A program made the translations under genes and the position numbers. Below the pieces are notes generated by a model. It had not been told where the DNA came from, ran no database searches, and worked only from the letters and a program-made list of their open reading frames with translations. DNA of 64,000 nt, taken from Callorhinchus milii. Taxonomy: Eukaryota. The DNA is taken from contig NW_024704742.1 in the NCBI RefSeq assembly GCF_018977255.1, positions 45,200,001 to 45,264,000 on the forward strand, written 5' to 3'. Shown here in pieces: positions 13,002 through 23,711 of this stretch (the first letter of the stretch is position 1; every line of letters begins with the position of its first letter).

Positions 13002-14953
13002 GGTAGCACTATGTTTCAGTGCTCTCCTCACAGTGTAATGGTAATATTATGTTCCAGTGCTCTCCTCACAGTGCCCCTCTGACCCTCCTCTCACAATTAC
13101 CTACCTTCCTCAATCTCTATTCTCCACAACTCCCTCTCCTCCATCCTTGACTCCCTTGCACCCATCAACTCCCGAACTGCCTCATATTCCCATAAATCCC
13201 CCAGGACACCAATCATCCCCGATCCCTCAAGACACAGGTGCACGCCACCGAACGCACCTGGACCAAATCAAACCTAATGGTGCATTGGCAGATCTGGCTT
13301 GACCACACTAAGACTTACCACTCTGCCTTCACCTCTGCCAAATCATCCTTTTATTCCAAGATAATCTTGGAGGTCACAAACAATCCCAAGATACTCTTCT
13401 CTACCACTAACACCCTCCTCCATCCACTTTCCCACAACTCGCACATCCACTCCTCCAATTCCAACTGCAAGGAGATGTTGAACTTCCTCGAATCCCAAAT
13501 CGATGCGATTTGTTCGGCTACATCTCCCCCATCCACTGGTACCCACTTGCCTCCTCCCCCTCACGCACTGGCCCCACCCATCCCTCCCTAAACACCTTCA
13601 ACCCTGTCTCCTCTCTTCCCTCACCCCCATCATTTCAAAAATGAAGCCCACCACCTGTGCCCTCGACCCCATCCCCACCCCTCTCCTCACCTCCCAGTCC
13701 CACCTCCTGACCCTTCATTTAACTAACATTATCAACCTCTCCTTATCCAACAGCAATGTTCCCACCCTCCTTAAAACAGCTGTCATCACCCACATCCTCA
13801 AAAAACCTTTCCTGGATGCATCTCTACTCTCCAGCTATTGCCCCATCTACAACCACCCATTCCTCTCCAAAGTGCTGGAACAAGTTGTCACGTCTCAGCT
13901 TCGCTCTTTCCTCTTTTGCCATTCCCTCTCTGAACCCCACAAATTGGGTTTCCATGCTGCCCACAGCATGGCAACAGCACTGGTCAAAGTCACTAATGAC
14001 GTTCTGAACATCTGTGAACAGGGCTCGCTCTGCCTCCTTGTCCTCCTTGACCTCTCTGCTGCCTTCAACACTGTCGACCATTCTATCCTCCTACGCCACC
14101 TCTCAATACGGAACCTTGGCATCCTGTTCGACACTCAACTATCCTTCATTCCCCAAATCCGTGCCATGACCCGCTCCGCCTTTCCCCACTTTTGCATAAT
14201 CGTTTGGCTCCACCACTGACTCATACCGCAAGCTGCCGAGACCCTTATACATGCATTCATAACACCCAGACTCGACTACGCAAACTCCCTACTTGGCGGT
14301 CTCCTCTACTCCTCGCTCCATAGGCTGTAGATCATCCAGAACTCTGCAGATTGTGTCCCCTCCTGCACCAGGCTTTGCAACCCTATCACCCTGACCCTCG
14401 CCCAACTCCACTGGCTTCCTATCACACAGATAATACAGTTCAAGATCCTGGTCCTCACTTTCAAAGCCCTCCATGGCCTTGCTCCCCTCTACCTCTGAGA
14501 CCTCCTAACCCCCTACCAACCTGTCCGCTCCCTCTACTCAGCTGGCTCTGGCCTGCTTCACGTCCCCCGCCTCACCAGCCCCATCATTGATGGCCAGGCC
14601 TTCAGCCACCCTCTGAAACTTCATCCCTCCGCCTTGCCCCCTCCCTTGCCTCCTTCAAGACCCATGACAAGAACCCTCCTCCTTGACCGTGCCTTCAGTC
14701 ACCCTTCTTCCCTCATGTCCCCCACAATCCCCAATCTTTAACCCCAGCTCAGGTCCGAAACACTGATTGTCCAGTGCCTTGGGACCTCCTCCCGAGTGAA
14801 AGGCGCTATACAAATGTAATTTTGTTGTTGTTGGGTGATGGTAGCACTATGTTCCAGTGCTCTCCTCACAGTGGATGATGATAGCTCTGAGTTCCGGTGC
14901 TCTCCTAACAGTGCAAGTGGATAGTACTGAGTTGAGGTGCTTTGCTCACACAG
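13002..14953. repeat. ~38-40 bp minisatellite split by an L2 insertion (two units at 13002-13073, about three at 14834-14953)
   Basis: The unit GGTAGCACTATGTTCCAGTGCTCTCCTCACAGTG(G)GTGAT is visible on both sides of the L2. Confidence 0.85.
13074..14833 (+). mobile_element. L2 LINE, 5'-truncated and internally deleted ORF2 pseudogene
   Basis: ORF 13503-14219 has TTCALDPIPT, KKPFLD, PFLSKVLEQVV and LVLLDLSAAFNTVDHSILL, then jumps to RNLGILFD (the YADD core is missing). It ends with the L2 3' motif and (TTG)n. Confidence 0.95.
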
Positions 14954-15789
14954 AAAGAATTGGTAGCAGTAAGTTGCAATGCTTTTCGAAATTTGGCTTT
15001 CAACCAGTTGCAATTACTTTGCAACACCTCCGTGCAAAGTCAAAGTGTTACAAGGCTAGCATATCCAGATGGTCCCACATCCATCGTGTGCCAAACTGAT
15101 GCTAATGCAGTTGAAGTTATACTGTTTATCCTTTGTTACTGCAAGGGGGTAGCACTTCACAGAAATAAAGCCATGCAGCATAGCTACTCTGTGCAGTCTA
15201 AATTAACACGAGAGCCTTGGAGAAGCTCGGTTCCTGCAAAAATACCCTTATACTATTAAAGAAAGCTGTAAATAAACTGCTGTACTACTGTAAAAAGACA
15301 CTTCTCCAAGTTCTCCTAATTAGCCAGTGCCTGGGTATACTGCAGCACCCCCCCACCCCGGTAAAAGAACGCGACAACTAAAACCACTATAGAGGATTGA
15401 CTTGTTTCCAACATTCTGAGATACACCTAATCCCTGTTGCACTCCTCCACAGAAGTAAGGTTATTGAACAAGACTTAAGAAATACCCAGTTACTACATTT
15501 TAGGGAAAATCATGTGAAGCACTTTGAGATGTTATGTTGCCATGATATGTTCGTGATGAATAAAATCAGTTTTTTATTAATTTTTACTGAAGAAATAGCA
15601 AAGGATGAGCTTTTGGAGTAAATCTTCAAGATGGGCTTCACATGGAAGATGTGCCTGATTGATAGGTTAATTAACACTAGCGTAAATTATTCAATGAAGA
15701 ATCCAGCATTCGGTAACATGTTCTTGTGATAATTAAAACAAGGAATGAGTTGTGAAACTTTGCATATTTCACTCCAGATTTTCCTGATT

Positions 15790-16430
15790 TCATAGAATCA
15801 TAGTATCATAGAATCATACAGCACAAAAAGAGGCCATTCGGCCCATCGAGTCTGTGCCGGCTCTTTGAAAAGAGCAACGTAATGTCAATCGCACTCCCCA
15901 GCCCTTTCCCCATAACACTGCAAACCCATCCTCCTCAAATACCCATCCACTGTGTTTTTAAAAGTTGTTATCGAATCGGCCTCCACCACGCTTTCAGGCA
16001 ATGCGTTCCAGATTCGAACAATTCGCGGCGTCAAAAAATTTCTTCTCACCTCCCCTCTGCTTCTTTTAGAAACTATTTTAAATCTGTGACCTCCAGTCAC
16101 CGACACACCCACCAGTGGAAACAGTTTTTCCCTTTCTAACCTATCAAATCCCCTCATGATTTTGAAGATCTCTATTAGGTATCCTCGTAACCTTCTCTGT
16201 TCCAATGAGAATAATCCCAGCCTCTCTAGCCTGTCCTCATAATCAAGGTCCCTCATACCTGGTTCCATCCTCGTAAATCTCCTCTGCACCCTTTCCAATG
16301 CCTTAACATTCTTCCTATAGTGTGGTGCCCAGAACTGGGCGCAGTATTCTAACTGAGGCCTAACCAGTGTTTTATATATGTTAATCATAACCTCCTGACT
16401 CTTGTACTCTATGCCACTATTTATAAAGCC
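15790..16430 (-). mobile_element. CR1 LINE 3' fragment
   Basis: ORF 15885-16445 has YKTLVRPQLEYCAQFWAPHY...LERVQRRFTRM...WNALPE; (ATTCTATG)n tail at 15790-15817. Confidence 0.96.
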
Positions 16431-16944
16431 ATTTGGTGAATTCAATGGGGAAAAGCTTGTAAGATTCCATTCCTCATTTTATTTAGTACACTTTAAGGAA
16501 TTGTTACTCAGTTACTATTTCTCAATTAGCAGTACCTTAAAGACTCACCTACACTCACTGTGCTGCTCCAGTTTATCATTCAGCCATAGGCATTGATCCT
16601 GGTCAGTTGGTTGCTAGACAATTTAAAAATCACACAAAGGACATAAAGTCATTTTATAGGCAGTTTCCCAGTCTTAGCCAGTTATGTGTTGGGACATTAG
16701 AAGGTTTAACTCATGGGAACCTTTATGTTATAATAAAATAATAATCCTTGCATTTTATATAGTGCATCATCATCATCAACATCATCATCATAATGTCATC
16801 AAGGTGGCTCAAAGTACAACATTGTTGTTGTTGTTGTTGTTTGCCTGCTTACATATAAGGTTGCCTCTACCTCAAGAAAGATTTCCCACTCAGTTCCCTC
16901 CTCATACTGCTGGGCTCTCTGCTCTCTACTGTGCCTTCAAAAAA

Positions 16945-17300
16945 AATTTGTTACTTCAATCCACGACTGTTTATGGGACACTGTTGTGCGCAATTGGCTG
17001 CTGTGTATCACCCACCAAATATATAGTCAATTCACTTTACAGTTTATTCTGTGAAGCACTTTGAGGCGTCTCAAAAATGTGATACAGCTCTATGTCAAAT
17101 GTAAGGATTATTATTATTATTAAATAAATAATAATTTGGTCATTCAATCCACGACTGTTTGTGGGAGACTGCTGTGTGACTGCTGTGTTTCACCCAAAAA
17201 ATGTAGTTAATTCACTTGATAGTATATTCTGTGAAGACTTTGAAACCTCTCAAATATGTGATAAGACGCTATATCAAATGCAAGAATTATTATTATTATC
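16945..17300 (+). mobile_element. Two tandem SINE 3' halves
   Basis: Two consecutive copies of CAATCCACGACTGTTT...TCAAATG.AAG.(ATT)n at about 16945-17121 and 17125-17300. Confidence 0.85.
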
Positions 17301-17467
17301 ATTTGCAGAGTAGCATGAGGTGGCTGGGTGGCAGAGGGTCAGTTTATAACCAGTTTTCTCAAGATGTTAAGCTTTGACTGGACCGACAAAAGAAGGAGCT
17401 TTATAAATAAAATTATAAATCAGAAAATAAATGAAACGGTGTTTTGTCTCGGATTTATCTCAATTGT

Positions 17468-17632
17468 CAGCTTGGCTGAGTTGGAAGCACACTTATCTGA
17501 GGTGCAAAACCGTTGGGACTGTAAGGTAGCAGTTTAGGCTAACACCTCAGTGCAGGGGGAATGCTACATTATCAGAGGTGCCATCCATCAGATCAAATGT
17601 TAAACCAAGGTCCTGACTCCTTGTTCAGGTGA
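17468..17632 (+). mobile_element. Deu-domain SINE 5' part
   Basis: TGGCTGAGTTGG head; GAGGTGCCATCC...TTAAACCAAGGTCCTG...TTCAGGTG; truncated. Confidence 0.72.
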
Positions 17633-17677
17633 CTTCCATGTTGTGGGCTATCATGTGACCACCATTAACACTTTTTC

Positions 17678-17906
17678 CAGTATGTTTATAATAAAACTCC
17701 CATTCAGATTTTTCCAACTCACTCCTCATTGGATCTCCATCAGAGATCAGAGTAACCCAGCACATGTCCTCTTCAATTCATGGCTAACTGGATTTTTCGG
17801 TCCGTAGAACAAATTACAAATTGCTGGGTTACTCTGATCTCTGATGGAGATCCAATGAGGAGTGAGTTGGAAAAATCTGAATGAGAGTTTTATTACAAAC
17901 ATACTG
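17678..17906. repeat. Long inverted repeat: 85-bp arms, 59-bp spacer
   Basis: 17678-17762 is the reverse complement of 17822-17906 with two mismatches (read directly). Confidence 0.95.
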
Positions 17907-18278
17907 TGTTTCCACAATTGTGTCAGATCTTAAATTTAAAGTCTTATTGACTCAAACAAAACAGAATTTCAGGCCACAGATATAGAACCAGATGATTCTC
18001 AATGTGTCACCATTGGAAGAGTGTTAAAATCTCTCTGGGGCTGAACTAGCTGAACTGGATGACACACCAGAAAAGCAGACAGGTACACAGTAATGTAAGG
18101 CACTGTTCACAGATGACCAATCTGGCTGGGTTATCATTGACATTTGGTGATTTGTTCTCCAAATATTTGCACTTTGTCAGCTTTTAAATTACAATTTGCC
18201 ATTTTGCGAATATTTCATATTAAATAGCTTTTTATATATGGAAACAGAAGTCACAAATATCGCTTTGAATCATATTAT

Positions 18279-18345
18279 TCAGCGCCTTGGGACATCCTCC
18301 CGACATGAAAGGCGCTATACAAATGTAATCTTGTTGTGGTTGTTG
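18279..18345 (+). mobile_element. L2 extreme 3' tail only
   Basis: AGCGCCTTGGGACATCCTCCCGACATGAAAGGCGCTATACAAATGTAATCTTGTTG. Confidence 0.85.
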
Positions 18346-18589
18346 TATTAGCAAATATCAGAGATTAGATTCTAATGTTACAGCACACGGGTCTGTGAAA
18401 AGTATTGGCTATTGTTATTAACATTTACCGTGTTGTAGAGGAGCTATATTGTGCAGGATTTATTCTGAAGTGTTAAAAGAAAATGCAGCAACAAATTTGC
18501 ATACATGAATAACTATAACAATTTGCATTCATAAAGCATCCTTCATGTGGGGTAGCTTCTTGGAGAACAATGGTGTAATTTGATGGTAT

Positions 18590-18927
18590 TGTTGGGTTCT
18601 TTCTTACCGTGATTGGATCCTCGCCATTAACCAATAAAGGTCTGAACACAGAGCTGTACAATCAAGACAGTTTATTCAACAATGTAACAGAATATACTGC
18701 CATATAAGCAGTATTTCCTGATGCCCAACACTCGTCTCAGCAACTAGTAGTTCTTACTCTGTGCAGCTCAACCTTTTCTTTGTGTGTTTGTTGTATTTAT
18801 ACCCAGCTCGTCGGTGCACCCGTAATCTGCTCGTGATGGTACTTTTCCAATAGCCTATGTGCCCTGCTCAGTCCAGTTTTCCTCAATATCTAGCTCCTTG
18901 TCCGTACTACCTGTTCTACCTCAATCA
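18590..18927 (-). mobile_element. Candidate solo LTR
   Basis: TG...CA ends flanked by GTAT on both sides (18586-18589 and 18928-18931). The minus strand has a TATA-like GTATAAATA (~18795) upstream of AATAAA (~18673). Confidence 0.55.
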
Positions 18928-18929
18928 GT

Positions 18930-19258
18930 ATAATAATAATAATAATAATAATCCTTGCATTTGATATAGCGCTTTTCACGTCAGGAGGACGTCCCAAAGC
19001 GCTTCACAGAACACACTGTAAAGTGAATTGACTGTATATTTGTGGGTGAACGCGGCAGCCAATTGCGCACAGCAATGTCCCACAAACAGTCGTAGATTGA
19101 AAATGACCAATTTATTATTGTTTTGTTTTGGAGGGATTATTATTAGGCTCTGTGTGGAGTAAGGAAACTTGCCCAAGGTTTGGCCCTCTGCCTGGAATTG
19201 AACTCAGGTCTCTCACTTGCAAAGCGAGTGCTCTAACCACTGAGCTACAGGACTCCAC
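18930..19258 (-). mobile_element. Full-length tRNA-Ala(TGC)-derived SINE, short-middle subfamily
   Basis: Head GTCCTGTAGCTCAGTGGTTAGAGCACTCGCTTTGCAAGTGAGAGACCTGAGTTCAATTCC has A and B boxes and a TGC anticodon loop; L2-like tail with (ATT)n. Confidence 0.95.
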
Positions 19259-19444
19259 AATGAGAGCGAGTGGGTGAGAAAGAGAGGACGAGAGCGTGAG
19301 AGATGGTGTTCAAATAGAGTATGTTTCGTAACCTTGCATTCCAGTCTCTGGTCTCTAGTCAGGGTCCCTACTCAGAGGTCGCTGCATATGAGCCATCTAT
19401 TGTTAACCTTTTCTTATACTAACAGTTTAGATTGATTATGAGAA

Positions 19445-19930
19445 ACGGAGAAATGGGAGGTGGAGTGTGCATCCGTGGATGCTGATGCTGCCAGTGCCTG
19501 AAGTGCGGAGGTGCTGGTGTGAGCCAATCAGGAGAGCCTTGGTCTTGCTGACGTTCAACTGTAGAAAGTTGGCTATCATCCAGGACTTGATGTCTGACAT
19601 GCAGTGTGTTAGGACAGCAGTGATCCTGGAATCAAGGGTGGAGGCAGAGAGATAGAGTTGGGTGTCATCCACTTACGTATGGAAGTTGACCGCATGCCTG
19701 CGGATAATGTTACCAAGAGGGAGCATGTACAGGTTGAAGAGGACTGATTACAGAACCCTGAGAAACGCCGCATGAGATGGTGCAGGGGCCGAGGAGAAGC
19801 CATTTGTGAAGACAAAGTGGAGCAAGTGTCAGAGATAGGATCTGAAACATTCAAGGACAGAACCTTGAAGGTTGAATTGAGAGGAGACGCAGTGGAGGAG
19901 GATAGAGTGGTCTACAGTGTCGAAGATGGG
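19445..19930 (-). mobile_element. L2 RT fragment, frameshifted
   Basis: FDTVDHSILLH and DDTQLYLS...IKSWMIANFLQLNVSKTKALLIG occur in minus-strand ORFs. Confidence 0.9.
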
Positions 19931-19949
19931 TAAAGAGTGGACAATAATG

Positions 19950-20215
19950 TTCTTCAAACGGTCATAAATTGAATGAGCAATTTTATAACTGGGAGATTCC
20001 TGGACAAGAACTGAGAGAAACTCCATTCTCTCTTTGTGTATTGTCATGGGATCTTTAACATTCACCTGAATAGGTCCTCAATTGGTATCTCATCCAAAGC
20101 ACAGAACCTCCAACAATGCAAGAATTGGAGTGTTGAAACTTTAAACTGGTGTGTCAGCCTTGACCGTGAGTTCAAAGATCTGATGTGGAGCTTGAACCCT
20201 CAACTCCCTGGCAAG
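19950..20215 (-). mobile_element. Deu-domain SINE, degenerate
   Basis: CATGGGATCTTTAACATTCACCTGA is the reverse complement of the Deu core; a B-box-like CTTGAACCC is near 20190. Confidence 0.7.
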
Positions 20216-20577
20216 AGAGCTATGTAATGAGTTTTGAATCTTTCTCCCAATGTGAAGGGTATTATATAAGAGTAAATTATTGTTGGTTTTGTTGACCTCA
20301 TCTTTCCAGAATATCCGCTCTAATATCTTGTTACTGCATCAAGTTATTTCTTGGATGAGTCCAGTTTCTTGGCTTCAAACAACTTTCCTGGTAATCTATT
20401 CCAGTCATTAATTACTCTCTCTGGGTAAAGAAATACTTCCTGGTGTCGATCATGAAATTGCCCTTTGTAACCCTGGACCTGTGAAACAAGAAGCAAGAAC
20501 AGGACAGTCAAGGGACACACAGAAGAAAATCTTTCAGAAAAGATTCATTTTAGTAGCATACACTTAACTTTTACAGC

Positions 20578-20808
20578 TAAGTTTCCTTACTCCACATACC
20601 TCTGTTTACCAATCAGTAAGAACGAACCTGGTTGTTAGTCGGTGGTCAGATCACTTTCCGCGGGTAAAAATCCCTGTGCGCAGTTGACTGTCGCATTTCG
20701 CCCATATAATATATCATCAATTCATTTTACAGTATATTGTGTGAAGCTTTAGAAAGGTCTCAACGACATGATAAATCCCTATATCAAAACTAAGGATTAT
20801 TATTTATT
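20578..20808 (+). mobile_element. tRNA-SINE, long-middle subfamily, 5'-truncated
   Basis: AAGTTTCCTTACTCCACA...TGTTTACCAA.CAGTAAG...GTTAGTCG...GATCACTTTCC followed by the shared tail. Confidence 0.8.
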
Positions 20809-21309
20809 AACTTTATAGTAATATTGTCACTCCTGAGATACGAGTAGTTTTGTTACATTTAGACTTGTTTCAGTGTTGGTGAAAGAGCTGGAAATATTTA
20901 AGAGATGACTGGAAAAATGACATCTCCTGGTGTTGCCATCAGTCTAGTGTATGTTAAAAAAAAGTTAATCAACGTGCAAATGTATCCAGAACTGAAAAAT
21001 ATTGCAGAATGTAAATTAGCGACCTGAGAAAGGTTACAAGGACTAAACTACACAAGAACAGAAAATGCAAATCAACTATACAGGACAGCAGGGCACCTAG
21101 AAAATGTTGTTCGTGTACAGAGCAGGTGATGAGACATCTGTTTCAAGCTCCAAGGTAAAGACGGCAGAATCTGAATATTAGAGTTCATTACTGACTGTGG
21201 TAAGTCACATAATTAATAGCTGCTGTCTGTTGTCATTAGAAATAAATAATATCAGGATAATATTATCCATAATAATTTCTCTAACGTGCAAGCCAACCGT
21301 TTTCTTCGG

Positions 21310-22470
21310 TTGCCTAATTTTCTTCAGTTGAATGTCAACAAGACTGAAGCTCTCCTGATTGGCTCCATGCAGCACCTCCATAATAATAATAATCCTTGCA
21401 TTTGATATAGCGCTTTTCACGTCGGGAGGACGTCCTAAAGCGCTTCACAGAACACACTGTAAAGTGAATTGACTGTATATTTGTGGGTGAACGCGGCAGC
21501 CAGTTGCGCACAGCAATGTCCCACAAACAGTCGTAGATTGAAAATGACCAATTTATTATTGTTTTTGGTTTTGGAGGGATTATTATTAAGCGTGTGGAGT
21601 AAGGAAACTTGCCCAAGGTTTCGCCCTGCCTGGAATTGAACTCAGGTCTCTCACTTGCAAAGCGAGTGCTCTAACCACAGAGCTACAGGACGCCATGGAG
21701 TGTCCATGGTTGGACACTCCACCTTGCTAAGCCAGTCCGGAACATTGGCATCTTTTTTGAACCTAACTATCCGTTCTACCCCATATCTGCGCAACAACCC
21801 GCTATGCCTTCCCCCACCTCTGCAACATCATCAGTCTCTGCCATTGTCTCACACCACAGGCCACCAAAACCCTCATTCAAGCTTTCATGACATCGAAGCT
21901 TGACTATGTAAACTCATTGCTTGTCGGCCTCCCCAACTCCTCCCTCGATAGGCTACAGATCATCCAGGATTCTCCTCTCCCGCACCAGGCTCCATGACCA
22001 CATCACCCCCATCGCCCAACTCTCCTGGCTTCCCATCACACAGAGGATACAGTTCAAGATCCTGGTCCTCACCTTCAAAGCCCTCCATCGTCCTGCTTAC
22101 CCCTACCTCTGCGAATTTTTAATCCCCTATCATCCTGCTCGGTTCCTCCACTCAACAGGCTTGGCCTGCTATACATTCCCCACCTCGCTGGCTCCACTAT
22201 TGCTGGGCGGGCCTTCTGCCACTCCACCACCACTCTCTGGAACTCCATCCCACAGTCCCTCCGCCTCGCCCCCTCCCTTGCCTCCTTCAAGACCCATCTC
22301 AAGACCCTCCTCTTTGACCGTGCTTTCATCAACCCTGCTTCCCCTCCTGCACTCCAAACTCTCTGACCCTGACCCCCAGCTCGGATCCAAAACTCTGTCC
22401 GTCTAGCACCTTGGGACATCCTCCTGACGTGAAAGGCGCTTTACAAATGTAATTTTGTTGTTGTTGTTGT
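21310..22470 (+). mobile_element. L2 3' fragment interrupted by a SINE
   Basis: NFLQLNVNKTEALLIGS-coding sequence precedes 21380. L2 resumes at ~21700 through WLPITQRIQFKILVLTFKALH to the 3' motif and (TTG)n. Confidence 0.92.
21380..21695 (-). mobile_element. Full-length tRNA-Ala SINE, short-middle subfamily
   Basis: Nearly identical to 18930-19258. Confidence 0.95.
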
Positions 22471-22859
22471 TTTCAGTAAGTCTTCTAAATCCCTCAGGAA
22501 TGATTTATTTTGCACATTTTCATTTAGTGCTTTTGAACTAAATCAACTAATCTCTGGTGTCTGTTTTCTGCAATAGTATCGTAGAAAAATATGCACTTAT
22601 ATTTAAAAAAAACCCTTGCATTTGATATAGAACCTTTAATGTTGAAATATCTCGAAGTGCTTCTCAGAGAATTGTCTAGTGTAATTACTATATTTATAGG
22701 CAAACAGTTACTGTATTGATTTGCTCTTCTGTGTTGAGTATTCAGTGTTTTCTCAGAGGGAAGCTTTTTGCTTACCTAATTACAGACAGTTCAAGTACAG
22801 GTTCAAAGGAGCCAAGACTTGGACGCCCCAAGCCTCATTGCCTACCCTGTGGAAGCAAT

Positions 22860-23171
22860 AGGCTGGCAATAGGAGTGATAGGTTTGTCGTAATTGGCAAA
22901 CAGTGGAAAGCCTCAGAGTGTTCACAATGGAAAGATCCAGTTTCAGCAATACCCTAATACACACTCTGAGGTTCTGAATCCTTGGCTCTTGACAACTTGT
23001 ACCTAAACACTCAGTGATTAGCTAAGCAAGATGCACTCTCCCAGGGAGCATGCACACTCTATATGAGAGAAATAAACTATGCGTATTTGGGACTCTCTGT
23101 TGTTTGGTTTGGATACTTTTGAACATAGTAATGGTTTCTATGTGTGTCAGACATCCAGCTGGCCAAGAAAA
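22860..23171 (+). mobile_element. A-tailed retroposon family X, copy 1 (old)
   Basis: Ends ACATAGTAATGGTTTCTATGTGTGTCAGACATCCAGCTGGCCAAGAAAA and contains CACACTCTGAGG...CCTTGGCTCTTG; matches the reverse complement of 45582-46191. Confidence 0.75.
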
Positions 23172-23339
23172 TTAGAATGTCGGGTTGAAGGTGGAATAGG
23201 AAGGTTGCCCTCTGAGTGGAATTAATGGTCTCTGGCTGTTTTACTGTTTGCATGTGATACAATTAGGATTTGGCACTTCATGGGCTGCAAATTTTGCAAA
23301 CCCAAGGGTTGTAATTAATGCAACAAAATTGGTGAGCTT

Positions 23340-23711
23340 TGAAAATGTGTCTCTAATAGTAATAAATGTCAAATACATGTTTTTTTGTGGTAGAGGTTTC
23401 TGTTTAATTTTTGCACTGATACGTTATATAGATAACTGTTTTATTTACATGTAAAACTAATCTAGTGGCTTGGCTTCATTATATGTTTATTACATTTTGT
23501 GCAGCGTCTTCACTTATTCTGTGTCACTTCTGTTTTCTCATTTCATATACAAGCTGGAAACATGTACAGTACTTCTCCCTCCAGAGAGCAAGCCTCAGAA
23601 TTCCTGTAATATTTGTCCACATATATCACTCTTTGGTTCCTCTGAAAATGTGTCTCTAATAGTAATACATTTTAAATAAATGTTGTTTTGCGATAGAGGT
23701 TTCTATTTAAG
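23340..23711. repeat. ~69-bp imperfect direct repeat (23340-23408 and 23643-23711)
   Basis: TGAAAATGTGTCTCTAATAGTAATA...ATGTT.TTT.G.G.TAGAGGTTTCT.TTTAA occurs twice, 303 bp apart. Confidence 0.85.

Noticed and set aside
13503..14219. Longest ORF (238 aa) as a functional reverse transcriptase gene
   Set aside because: It is an L2 ORF2 fragment lacking the endonuclease and the YADD core, with frameshifts on both sides.
13002..14953. CRISPR-like repeats
   Set aside because: The units are adjacent without unique spacers, there are no cas genes, and the context is vertebrate; it is a minisatellite.
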